A stretch of 64,000 nucleotides of DNA. It comes from Candidatus Woesearchaeota archaeon (GTDB lineage: Archaea > Nanobdellota > Nanobdellia > Woesearchaeales > DSVV01). Made by a program: the position numbers and the translations under genes. The DNA lies in assembly GCA_016214075.1 (NCBI GenBank), contig JACRPI010000005.1:2662-66661 (forward strand), given 5' to 3'. The notes under the pieces were generated by a model, which saw only the letters and a list, made by a program, of their open reading frames with translations, searched no databases and was not told the DNA's origin. Position 1 is the first letter of the stretch; each line of letters starts with the position of its first letter. Below, piece by piece: positions 26,701 through 34,920 of this stretch.

Positions 26701-27402
26701 ATCGCGACAATTGGTGCAGCGTTTTATCCAAAAGATGTGATTGTCAGGATGAGTGACTTCAAGAGCAATGAGTATGCGAATCTTATTGGGGGTCATTTGT
26801 ATGAACCAAAGGAAGATAACCCAATGATTGGCTGGCGTGGCGCGTCTCGGTATTATACAGATTATCAGGAAGGATTTGAGTTAGAATGTAAAGCAATGAG
26901 AAGAGTCAGAGAAACAATTGGCTTGACCAATGTCAAAGTCATGATTCCGTTCTGTCGAACAATTGAAGAAGGGAAAAAAGTATTGGACGTCATGAAAAAA
27001 CAAGGACTGGTACAGGGCAAGAATGGCTTGCAGGTCTATGTGATGTGCGAAATCCCCTCTAATGTCATCTTGGCAGAAGAATTCCTCAGCATTTTTGATG
27101 GATTCTCGATTGGTTCAAATGATCTCACGCAACTCACGTTAGGAGTTGATCGTGATTCAGCGTTAGTCGCGCATGTCTATAACGAGAGCAACGAAGCGGT
27201 CAAGCTTCTTGTTCAGCGTGTTGTCCATGTCGCGAATAAAATGAAGAAGCACATGGGTTTCTGTGGGCAGGCGCCAAGCGATAATATCGAATTCGCGAAG
27301 TTCCTCGTCGAGTGTGGAATTGAGTCCATGTCTTTGAATCCAGATTCTGTGGTGAAGACAACGTTGGCAGTTGCGGATGTGGAGAGGAAAGTGAAGAGGT
27401 AA
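23779..27402 (+). CDS. ppsA: Phosphoenolpyruvate synthase (pyruvate, water dikinase) interrupted by a 405-aa LAGLIDADG intein
   Basis: Canonical PpsA N-terminus (WFDELGIEDVPIVGGKNASLGEMY), phospho-His motif GGRT|...|CHAAIVSRELGVPCVVG split by the insert, C-terminal PEP-binding TIM barrel. Confidence 0.9.
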   Translation: MNTKATKFILWFDELGIEDVPIVGGKNASLGEMYRILVPQGVRIPNGFAVTAYAYHYLVEKAGIKASIQQILKGLDTQNVSDLAERGHKVREIIRTAKFPEELAVEIIAAYQKMCKLYGSRTDVAVRSSATAEDLPDASFAGQQETYLNIRGDSDLINACKNCFASLFTNRAISYRVDKGFDHFSIGLSIGVQKMVRSDKACSGVMFSIDTETGFQNAVFVTAAYGLGETVVQGAVNPDEYYVFKPTLKTGHKSILSKRVGEKKIMMVYSDKVQQTTKTVAVSEDQRKKFVLTDDEILTLSKWACIIEDHYSRKAGKFKPMDMEWAKDGVTNQLFIVQARPETVHSQQDLTQLKEYGLAKKGKVVVIGKAVGEKIGQGAAAIIKDVKDISQFKKGQVLVTEMTDPDWEPIMKIASAIVTNSGGRTCFPAGTKILTNKGFRNIEEIYDNHEEIEVPSLNRKTLKVEWKPVIASMKRRAEVIEIETSLTGRMKGNTLRLTPNHKMLTFNDAQLVDKEIQQMLHEQQMLLCAQKIPALTESTEKQKALAYLLGAISTDGSIYTSRTHGEVQFIQKETEEKKEFIEYVNTCLNETYNKEFSVSVKKTSSGEIRGKPAIGNANAYRCYSKEVAYTLLREQQTITQTLLKADESLIYSFLAGVIDGDGSLSAEKNRINIYCSKEYLFQAIIVGCLRIGIVPQATVNRTIWNIQIVEKVDEICKWTKRVKGKEERKRIGTRFFSARQLLGGSKYIGHFSTSLGKNLLLDAKKIDAAKKFLSPEYAQRIEHVLLSDTRMQRVSFAHDCGEQDVYNITVADNHNYVVFTERYTPVVVNNCHAAIVSRELGVPCVVGTNNGTEKIKQGQKVTVDCSSGDEAIVYDGLLKINVKVTDLKKIPETKTKIMMNLAAPEQAFEKSFLPNSGVGLARQEFIISSYIKVHPKALIHFDELKDKKLKEEIEEITYNYKDKKEFFIDKLSQGIATIGAAFYPKDVIVRMSDFKSNEYANLIGGHLYEPKEDNPMIGWRGASRYYTDYQEGFELECKAMRRVRETIGLTNVKVMIPFCRTIEEGKKVLDVMKKQGLVQGKNGLQVYVMCEIPSNVILAEEFLSIFDGFSIGSNDLTQLTLGVDRDSALVAHVYNESNEAVKLLVQRVVHVANKMKKHMGFCGQAPSDNIEFAKFLVECGIESMSLNPDSVVKTTLAVADVERKVKR
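25054..26268 (+). mobile_element. Intein in ppsA (Cys1 ... terminal Asn, +1 Cys) with LAGLIDADG homing-endonuclease domain
   Basis: Begins CFPAGTKILT right after GGRT and ends VVVNN before CHAAIV. Two dodecapeptide motifs LAYLLGAISTDGSI and FLAGVIDGDGSL. Confidence 0.85.
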
Positions 27403-27404
27403 GA

Positions 27405-27734
27405 ATGAGCATCCTCGACACCATTTTGGACACATTTCGAAGTCCAGATCCTAAAAGAGTCAAAGAAAGAATAGTGATACAGATTCAAGACTATCAAGCA
27501 ACAAAAGCAGAGCTCCAAGAACAAAGGCGAAAATTACAGCTTGCAATACTTAATTTAAATAGAAGATTAATGCATCTGCGGAAAAACAATCCTTCTCTAT
27601 TAGCAGAAATCAGAAGTGTCAGTAGGCAAAAGACAGATGTAGAATATCAAGATCTTGAAGTAAAAACAGCTATTGAAAAACTAGATAGAGAAATTGCTCA
27701 ATTAACTGCAAGGTATCGTCAGGTAGCGGCCTAA
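27405..27734 (+). CDS. Coiled-coil hypothetical protein (immediately after ppsA)
   Basis: 109 aa, starts 3 bp after the ppsA stop. Confidence 0.45.
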   Translation: MSILDTILDTFRSPDPKRVKERIVIQIQDYQATKAELQEQRRKLQLAILNLNRRLMHLRKNNPSLLAEIRSVSRQKTDVEYQDLEVKTAIEKLDREIAQLTARYRQVAA

Positions 27735-27774
27735 ACAACAAATCATTTAAACAGCGCAGCCCTTCGTTTTTCTC

Positions 27775-30297
27775 ATGGAATTCATCGCGGACATGCACAT
27801 TCACAGCAAATATTCACGAGCATGCTCAAAAGATCTCACCATTCTCAATCTCGAAAAGTGGGCAAAAATAAAAGGCGTCAATCTCTTAGGCACAGGAGAT
27901 TTTACCCATCCAAAATGGATTCAGGAACTCAAATCCTCTTTAACAGAAACAGAAAAAGACAGTGGGTTCTTTCAAACAGCGACAGGATTTAATTTCATTC
28001 TGCAAACAGAGATTTCCTTAATTTACACGCATAATAACAAAGGCAGAAAAATTCACAATCTCATTTTCGCGCCAAGTTTTCAGGCAGTGGACGAAATCAC
28101 AAAATTCTTGCTCACCAGAGGAAGAGTAGACTACGATGGCAGACCAATTTTCAAAATTCCTTGTCCAGAATTAGTTGAAAAAATGAAAGCAATAGATGAG
28201 CGCATCCAGGTTATCCCCGCGCATTGTCTTCTACCCAATGAAAAAGTTGTTTGTAATCCAAAAGCAAAAGCCATCTCTAATATAAAAGTAGGTGATATGG
28301 TTTTAACACACAAAGGTAATTTCAAAAAAATAAAACAGATATTCAATAGGCAATATAAAGGTAAAGCTTATAAAATTCAGCCTTATTATTTTAGAGAAGG
28401 AGTAGCGGTAACTGAAGAGCACCCATTTCTCGCCATAAAACCTGTTAAAAACTGTAGTTTTGTAGGAGGGCTCTGTAAACCTAATAGTACTGCTCAGGGA
28501 AAACATAGTTGTACTAAAAAACATTATAATTATTATAAATCAGAATGGATACAGGCAAAAAATTTAGAAAAAAATGATATTATATTATATCCCCGAATTA
28601 AAGAAATAAAAGATTCAAAAAATATTAATTTATCGGATTTTATAGAAAAGTGTAATTATAAAATCTCTGAACTTACCATAATCCCAAAATCAGGAAGACA
28701 AGATAAACCTATAAAGAATATCATAGAAACAGATAATGATTTCTGTCGGCTTGTTGGATATTTCTTAGCAGAGGGTTATATTAATAAAAAAAATAGTGTA
28801 TTACAATTTTCCTTTGGTCCTACTGAAAAAGGGTATATAGACGATGTCACTCTTCTCATGGAAAGATGTTTTGGGATAAAAATAACAAAAGTGAGGGAAA
28901 GAAATGGGTATGAATTATATTTCTTCTCTAAGCCATTAGTGGAGATGTTTGAAACTTTATTTTATGAAAAAGAAAAACCTAAAAGAGCATTTTCTAAACA
29001 GCTCCCTCAATGGATGCTCTATCTGCCATTATCTAAACAAGCTGAAATTTTAAGGGGGTGGTGGAGAGGTGATGCTGGATGGACAACTTCTGAGGTTCTT
29101 GCAGAAGAAATGAAAATTATTTGTTTACGGTTAGGCATACTTCCTTCCATCTCTAGAATAACTAAAGAGACGCATAATAAGAAACCACATCTTTTAGGTG
29201 AAAGGACAATAACTGCAAAAAATGATTTTATGATCTTTGAAAGATTATCCTTTTACAGAGATGAATTTTCGTTACTGGAAGATGCATCATTTCATAAATT
29301 CAAATCAAAATTAGAGAGAAAACATGGATGGATGGATGATCATTATTTTTATATTCCTATTAAAAAAATAGAAACTTTTGATTACTCGGGGTTCGTCTAT
29401 AATTTAGAAGTCGAAGACGATAATTCTTATGTTACTTCGGCAGCAACAGTACATAATTGCTGGACACCATGGTTTGGCTTATACGGCGCGAATGGTGGTT
29501 TCGATAGCATAAAAGACGCGTTTCAGGATCAGATAAAAAATGTCCATGCAGTTGAAACTGGTCTCTCAAGCAATCCTGAAATGAATTGGCGCTTGAAAGA
29601 GTTGGACAACATCAATCTCGTAAGCTTCTCAGACACGCATAGCTTTTGGCCGTGGAGATTGGGAAGAGAAGCGACAGTTCTCAATATCGAACCAACGTTC
29701 AACGCGCTCGCAAAAGCGTTGGAAACAGGAAATGGTTTGAAAGAAACGATTGAAGTCAATCCAAATCTTGGAAAATATCACATGACTGGACATAGAGTTT
29801 GCAATGTTTCTTTCCATCCAGATGAAGCAAAAAAGCTGAATGATGTCTGTCCAAAGTGCGGCAACAAATTAACAGTTGGTGTTGATCAGCGCATTGAACA
29901 ACTCGCGGATCGTCCGTTAGGATACAAGCCAGAAAACGCGAAACCGTTTCGCTCTTTAATTCCAATCTCAGAACTTCTTGCGCAATTTCATGGAAAAGCA
30001 GTTGCGACAAAGAAAGTTTGGGAAGAGTACAGAAAATTAGTAACAGACAAACAATCCGAATATGATGTGCTTCTTCGAATGCCAATAGACGAGATTGCCA
30101 AAGCAACAAGCGCGGAGTTTGCAGAGATCATGGAAAGAAACAGAGCAGGAAAAATAAACGTCAAAGGCGGCTATGATGGTGTCTATGGTGTTCCATTATT
30201 GGATGAGAAAGCAGAAGAGAAATATCAGGAAGAGCACCAGAACGTGATGGCAAGTATGAAAAAAAAGCAGACAGGATTGCAGGAGTTCTTGAGTTAG
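27775..30297 (+). CDS. endoQ: Endonuclease Q (EndoQ, PHP-domain nuclease with C-terminal zinc ribbon) interrupted by a 411-aa intein
   Basis: N-terminus MEFIADMHIHSKYSRACS (PHP motif); exteins VIPAH|...|CWTPWFGLYGANGGF; C-terminal CPKCGNKL zinc finger. Extein length ~429 aa matches EndoQ. Confidence 0.7.
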   Translation: MEFIADMHIHSKYSRACSKDLTILNLEKWAKIKGVNLLGTGDFTHPKWIQELKSSLTETEKDSGFFQTATGFNFILQTEISLIYTHNNKGRKIHNLIFAPSFQAVDEITKFLLTRGRVDYDGRPIFKIPCPELVEKMKAIDERIQVIPAHCLLPNEKVVCNPKAKAISNIKVGDMVLTHKGNFKKIKQIFNRQYKGKAYKIQPYYFREGVAVTEEHPFLAIKPVKNCSFVGGLCKPNSTAQGKHSCTKKHYNYYKSEWIQAKNLEKNDIILYPRIKEIKDSKNINLSDFIEKCNYKISELTIIPKSGRQDKPIKNIIETDNDFCRLVGYFLAEGYINKKNSVLQFSFGPTEKGYIDDVTLLMERCFGIKITKVRERNGYELYFFSKPLVEMFETLFYEKEKPKRAFSKQLPQWMLYLPLSKQAEILRGWWRGDAGWTTSEVLAEEMKIICLRLGILPSISRITKETHNKKPHLLGERTITAKNDFMIFERLSFYRDEFSLLEDASFHKFKSKLERKHGWMDDHYFYIPIKKIETFDYSGFVYNLEVEDDNSYVTSAATVHNCWTPWFGLYGANGGFDSIKDAFQDQIKNVHAVETGLSSNPEMNWRLKELDNINLVSFSDTHSFWPWRLGREATVLNIEPTFNALAKALETGNGLKETIEVNPNLGKYHMTGHRVCNVSFHPDEAKKLNDVCPKCGNKLTVGVDQRIEQLADRPLGYKPENAKPFRSLIPISELLAQFHGKAVATKKVWEEYRKLVTDKQSEYDVLLRMPIDEIAKATSAEFAEIMERNRAGKINVKGGYDGVYGVPLLDEKAEEKYQEEHQNVMASMKKKQTGLQEFLS
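28225..29457 (+). mobile_element. Intein in the EndoQ gene (Cys1 ... His-Asn, +1 Cys) with degenerate LAGLIDADG-type endonuclease domain
   Basis: Starts CLLPNEKVV and ends SAATVHN before CWTPW. LVGYFLAEGY and ILRGWWRGDAGW are dodecapeptide-like motifs. Confidence 0.7.
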
Positions 30298-30364
30298 GTC
30301 AATTCTTACTAAAATAAAAAATTAAGAAACCAAGAAAAATAAATAAAAGAAAAAATAATTCTTA

Positions 30365-30877
30365 CTAATTGCTCTGACCAAAACTCATGCCAGCGACCAT
30401 AAACTTAAACAGTTCATCGCCAGTGTTTTTGTCAGTGAAGTAAAAGACGCCTTCTTCATTTGTTTCGATAGTGAGTTCAATAGTTCTTGCTCTGTCCACA
30501 TTTTCGTCAACAAGAAGATCTTCATTGTAAACCTGTGTTGGTTTTACTCGTTCGCTGTATACAACAAGCGTGACAAGTTCTCCTTTTTCAACAACAATAG
30601 TGGAAGGGCTTGCGCCATCAATAGTAACAGTAACTTCTTCTCGTGCTTTGCCTGTCTGGACAAACGCTTCTTCATCTGCGTTGACATCAACATTTTCGTC
30701 TGCAGTTTCTGTTTCAGTAGTTTCGCTATCTTCTGCGTCTTCGTTGTCTGCTCCCTCAGAATCAGTGTCTGCGGACTCAGTTGTTTTCCCAGTAGTATTT
30801 GCTTCCTGTCTGCATGCGCCAAGTGCAAGAAGAAGCACTGCAATAACAATAACCATTAGAATTTTCCTCATGAACAT
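30365..30877 (-). CDS. Secreted lipoprotein with acidic linker and C-terminal beta-rich domain
   Basis: MFMRKILMVIVIAVLLLALGAC lipobox, then a D/E/T-rich segment. Confidence 0.55.
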   Translation of the reverse strand: MFMRKILMVIVIAVLLLALGACRQEANTTGKTTESADTDSEGADNEDAEDSETTETETADENVDVNADEEAFVQTGKAREEVTVTIDGASPSTIVVEKGELVTLVVYSERVKPTQVYNEDLLVDENVDRARTIELTIETNEEGVFYFTDKNTGDELFKFMVAGMSFGQSN

Positions 30878-30949
30878 CATCCTCCTTAACTCCTGTCTGT
30901 TTTTCCTCTTTGTTTTCCTATATAAAATTTTCCAGTTTTCCTGCAAGAA

Positions 30950-31321
30950 TCAGAGGCGAAGTAATTCGCGGACTTTTTCTTGCAATTCAATAGGACTGAA
31001 TGGTTTGGTGATGTAAGCGATTGCTCCTTTGTCAATGCCTGTTAAAATATCATGATCTTCTTTTTTCGCGGAAACCATTGCGATGACAATGTCTTTTGTC
31101 GCGGGGTTTTGCCGAAGTCTTCTGCACACTTCGTAGCCATCAAGGCCAGGCATCATGACATCGAGAAGAATGAGATCAGGTTTTTTCTTTGCGACGAGTT
31201 TGAGAACTTCTTTGCCGTCTGTTGCTTCGATAATTTCATAGTCTTCAGCACCTAAACTGAGTTTGATAAGATCGACAATGTGTGGTTCATCGTCAGCAAC
31301 AAGGATGATCTTTTTTATCAT
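30950..31321 (-). CDS. Stand-alone response-regulator receiver (CheY-like) domain protein
   Basis: ILVADDE...DLILLDVMMPGLDG...KPF: canonical REC motifs including the phospho-acceptor Asp. Confidence 0.85.
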   Translation of the reverse strand: MIKKIILVADDEPHIVDLIKLSLGAEDYEIIEATDGKEVLKLVAKKKPDLILLDVMMPGLDGYEVCRRLRQNPATKDIVIAMVSAKKEDHDILTGIDKGAIAYITKPFSPIELQEKVRELLRL

Positions 31322-31405
31322 ACAAAATTATGAGGGAGTGCAGTTTATATAGTTTATTGATCGAATAAAAATAAGATAAACATAATGAAGAAAATAACAA
31401 AGAAT

Positions 31406-31831
31406 TTATTCCTTATTCGCTTCTTTCTTTGGCTTTGCTTTAGTTTCTTTCTTTTCAGAAGTGACTTCTGCGTCAACAATATTTTCTACTGATTTCTCAG
31501 CTTTCTTTTCTTCTTTCGCAGCTTTTCCTTCCTTTTTCTCATCTTTGCCAAATTTGAGTGGCTTGCCGAAAAGTTCTGCGTAAACAGTTCCTTCTGGAAC
31601 TTTCACAACATTCACGCGTACGTGATGTGGCGGGTTTTTCATACCATGCATCCAAAGATGTTCGTTAAGAAATTTGCCGATTCTGATATTTTCAGATTTC
31701 ATATGTTTGACGAGGAATTCGCGAAGCGCGCGAGATGCTTTTTCAGTTCGTCTGTATTGAGGAACTTTGAGGTATTCTCTTCGGAGTGGAATGGTGTATG
31801 TTCGTTCTAGTTTTTCAGCCATAGGATTCAC
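31406..31831 (-). CDS. rpl31e: 50S ribosomal protein L31e (with Lys-rich C-terminal extension)
   Basis: RTYTIPLRREYLKVPQYRRTEKASRALREFLVKHMKSENIRIGKFLNEHLW is the L31e core. Confidence 0.85.
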   Translation of the reverse strand: MNPMAEKLERTYTIPLRREYLKVPQYRRTEKASRALREFLVKHMKSENIRIGKFLNEHLWMHGMKNPPHHVRVNVVKVPEGTVYAELFGKPLKFGKDEKKEGKAAKEEKKAEKSVENIVDAEVTSEKKETKAKPKKEANKE

Positions 31832-31833
31832 AT

Positions 31834-32007
31834 TTATGCTTTTGTTTTAACGCGGCGCCAGTTTCTTTTGACAACAGTGAGTCGTCCAGGGTGCACTCGT
31901 CTTCCTTTGCCGTACTTTTTAGGAACTGCCCAGAAAGGTGCCCATCGAGTCTGTTTGCCGACTTTTGCTAATCGTAATTTTCTGCTTACATGAATATTTC
32001 GTGCCAT
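31834..32007 (-). CDS. rpl39e: 50S ribosomal protein L39e
   Basis: MARNIHVSRKLRLAKVGKQTRWAPFWAVPKKYGKGRRVHP is a typical L39e. Confidence 0.85.
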   Translation of the reverse strand: MARNIHVSRKLRLAKVGKQTRWAPFWAVPKKYGKGRRVHPGRLTVVKRNWRRVKTKA

Positions 32008-32012
32008 AATAA

Positions 32013-32441
32013 TCACTGGTTTTTGACTGTTTTCGCGACTTTGTCAAGGAAAGAAAGTCCTTGTGGAGTAATGATTCGTCCTTTTTTGATGCCTTTGTCT
32101 TTATATTTAACATATCCCGCTGTTTGGAGTTGCTGCAATACTTTTCTGATTGCGCTTCCGCCTGTTTTTCTGAATTCCGCGGGTTGGTGTCCTCGTCGTT
32201 TTCTGCCGCCGTAGATAACACGGAGCTTTTCTGTTCCGATTGGACCGCGAACTGCGATTTTACGAAGAAGTGCTGCTGCGCGAGCGTACCACCAGTCAGG
32301 ATCCATAGGAGGACGTGCTGCGTTAGCGCCTGTTTTTGCGAATGATGCCCACACGGGAGCTTTGAACGTGCTTTGTTTTTTCAGTTCTTGTGCTACTGCG
32401 GTAATAAGTTTCTGAGGATCAGATTCTTGGAATTTTGGCAT
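32013..32441 (-). CDS. rps19e: 30S ribosomal protein S19e
   Basis: WYARAAALLRKIAVRGPIGTEKLRVIYGGRKRRG...IRKVLQQLQTAGYV is the S19e signature. Confidence 0.85.
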   Translation of the reverse strand: MPKFQESDPQKLITAVAQELKKQSTFKAPVWASFAKTGANAARPPMDPDWWYARAAALLRKIAVRGPIGTEKLRVIYGGRKRRGHQPAEFRKTGGSAIRKVLQQLQTAGYVKYKDKGIKKGRIITPQGLSFLDKVAKTVKNQ

Positions 32442-32536
32442 GAAACTTTTGAAATTGCAAGTCATTTATATATGTTTCGAATGAAAATGGCGTTCAAAAG
32501 GCATTCTTTTTATACACTTATGAAATTCTCAGGGCA

Positions 32537-33589
32537 ATGGCAACAATATTTTATGGCGTCGCGGGAGAAGGCAACGGGCACGCAATCCGCGCGAAAACAA
32601 TTATCGACGAATTAAGAAAAGACAACGCCGTGCATATTTTCAGTCATGGAAAGGGCTACAAATTTCTCAAACAATACTTCCCTATCAAGCGAATTCTTGG
32701 TTTCCATATGTATTACATAAACAATACAGTGAGCAGTTTTCTGACAGGAATAGTCAATATAGCGAAATTACCGTTCATGGCGATTGCTTCACTGCAATAT
32801 CCAATCGCGTTCATAAAAAACAAACCAGATGTAATAATCACAGACTTCGAGCCATTTGCGTTGTATTGGGCAAAATTCTTCAATATTCCGACAATCAGCA
32901 TCGACAATCAGCATAGTATTACGAACACAAAAATTGACAAGATAGGAGGGCAGTGCCTGACAGAATTATACTCCAAAATAATCATTCACACGTTTCTTCC
33001 AAATCCAGATCAGACAATTATTACAACCTTTTTTCCAACTGAAATAACAAAAAAAAATACAGTGCTTGTTCCTCCAGTGATAAAGCGGGAAGTGCAGGAA
33101 ATAAAGAACAAAAAAACAAAAAACAAAAAACACATTTTTGTCTATCAAACCTCGCCGAGTTACAAACGAATGCTTCCCATATTAAAGAAGATCAACAAAC
33201 AATTTATCATCTACGGATTCAATAAAGAAGCAAGAGAAGAAAATCTGCTCTTCAAAAAATTCAACAAAGAAGAGTATGTGAAAGATCTTGCAACAGCGGA
33301 TGCAGTGATAATCAATGGTGGTTTTACAACGTTAAGTGAAGCACTGTGTTTGCAAAAACCAATTTTTTCCATTCCAATAAGGCGGCAGTTTGAGCAGATT
33401 GTAAATGGACATTATATCAACAAACTGCAGTATGGCATGGCAGTGAAGGAGATTACAGAAGAAAATTTCAACATGTTTCTCGAAAAACAAGAGCAGTACA
33501 AAAAGAATATCAAAAAGATAAAGTTGGAGGGGAATAAAGAATTATTTAACATAATAAGCAATACTCTAAAACTTCTAAAGAAAGCCTAA
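32537..33589 (+). CDS. GT-B fold glycosyltransferase (MurG/GT28-like, MJ1255-type family)
   Basis: N-terminal GEGNGHAIRAKTII (MurG-like G-loop), C-terminal ADAVIINGGFTTLSEAL... nucleotide-sugar binding region. Confidence 0.65.
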   Translation: MATIFYGVAGEGNGHAIRAKTIIDELRKDNAVHIFSHGKGYKFLKQYFPIKRILGFHMYYINNTVSSFLTGIVNIAKLPFMAIASLQYPIAFIKNKPDVIITDFEPFALYWAKFFNIPTISIDNQHSITNTKIDKIGGQCLTELYSKIIIHTFLPNPDQTIITTFFPTEITKKNTVLVPPVIKREVQEIKNKKTKNKKHIFVYQTSPSYKRMLPILKKINKQFIIYGFNKEAREENLLFKKFNKEEYVKDLATADAVIINGGFTTLSEALCLQKPIFSIPIRRQFEQIVNGHYINKLQYGMAVKEITEENFNMFLEKQEQYKKNIKKIKLEGNKELFNIISNTLKLLKKA

Positions 33590-33630
33590 AACACAAAAAC
33601 AATATAAAGCACCGCAGGTAAACAATACTC

Positions 33631-34278
33631 ATGCGAATCATCTTTCTCGGTCCACCTGGTGTTGGCAAAGGAACACAAGCACAGCGCATCTGTAAAAAAT
33701 ATACCATTCCCCAGATTTCTACAGGCGATATGTTTCGGCAAGCGATTAAAGAACAAACTCCTTTGGGGAAAAAAGCAGACGCGTTGATGAAAGAAGGAAA
33801 GCTCATCGATGACAGCATCACCATTGGCTTAGTCAAAGAACGATTGCAGAAATCAGATTGCAAAAACGGTTATCTTCTTGATGGATTTCCGCGAACAATT
33901 CCGCAGGCAGAAGGGTTTGATCATTTACTTAAAGAAATAAAACAAAAATTAGACGCAGTAATTTCTCTCATCGTGGATGAAGCAGTGCTCATCAAACGAC
34001 TCTCAGGAAGACGTTCTTGTCCAAAGTGCAGTGCTGTATTTCACATCGAGACAAATCCTCCAAAGAAGAAAGACATCTGTGACAAATGCGGAGAAAAGCT
34101 CATGCAGCGCGATGATGACAAGCCAGAAACAGTGCACAAACGTATGGAAACCTACAGAACACTGACTGCTCCATTAATTCAGTATTACAAAAAGAAAAAA
34201 ATGTTGCGTGAAGTGAACGGAGATCAGGAAATTCAAGTAGTGTTCAACGAAATTGTAAAAATTCTTGAAAAGAAATAA
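33631..34278 (+). CDS. adk: Adenylate kinase (long form with zinc-binding LID)
   Basis: P-loop GPPGVGKGTQA, LLDGFPRT, LID with CPKC...CDKC. Confidence 0.9.
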   Translation: MRIIFLGPPGVGKGTQAQRICKKYTIPQISTGDMFRQAIKEQTPLGKKADALMKEGKLIDDSITIGLVKERLQKSDCKNGYLLDGFPRTIPQAEGFDHLLKEIKQKLDAVISLIVDEAVLIKRLSGRRSCPKCSAVFHIETNPPKKKDICDKCGEKLMQRDDDKPETVHKRMETYRTLTAPLIQYYKKKKMLREVNGDQEIQVVFNEIVKILEKK

Positions 34279-34294
34279 TTTCTTTCTACAAGAA

Positions 34295-34741
34295 TTATTG
34301 CACCTTAATCCTTTCTTCTTTCATGGTCTTCAAAACTAATTGTGTATTTGTTCGCAACACAAAATCAAACGTCTGAATATGTTTCAAAAATGCGTCCATA
34401 AGTTTCCTATTTCTAAATCGTGCAATAATCACCACATCAAATGCGCCAGTCACATCGTAGACAGCAACAACATTGGGATGTAACGCAATCTTTTTCTCCA
34501 CTTGCTCCAGTTTTCCTTTGCTGACTTGCACTTCAACGATAATAGTGATGTCGTATCCTAATTTTTCATAATCGAGCTGCGCGCCATAATGTCCAATTAT
34601 TTTTTCTTTTTCAAGAGCATGCATCCGATGCATAACAGTTGCAGTGCTCATCCCTGTCTTTTTTGCAATTTCTCGAAGACTGAGTCTGCTGTTTTCGAGA
34701 AGCGCGTTGAGAATCGCTTTGTCTTTATTGTCGATATTCAT
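34295..34741 (-). CDS. Lrp/AsnC-family transcriptional regulator
   Basis: HTH LSLREIAKKTGMSTATVMHRM plus C-terminal RAM domain. Divergent from the glutamine synthetase gene. Confidence 0.85.
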   Translation of the reverse strand: MNIDNKDKAILNALLENSRLSLREIAKKTGMSTATVMHRMHALEKEKIIGHYGAQLDYEKLGYDITIIVEVQVSKGKLEQVEKKIALHPNVVAVYDVTGAFDVVIIARFRNRKLMDAFLKHIQTFDFVLRTNTQLVLKTMKEERIKVQ

Positions 34742-34920
34742 TTTGTTGTTTTGTTTAGTCTGTTGCAATTTATATGTCTTTTGTTCAACAAATATTCATT
34801 TTTCATAAAATTAAGAAACATTTGTTTCAAAAATTCTAAAATAAGTATTAATACCATACAATCCAAATAATTCTAGTTTGTCCCAGCAAACAAGAAGTAA
34901 AAAAAAGGAGGGGTTTAGGT

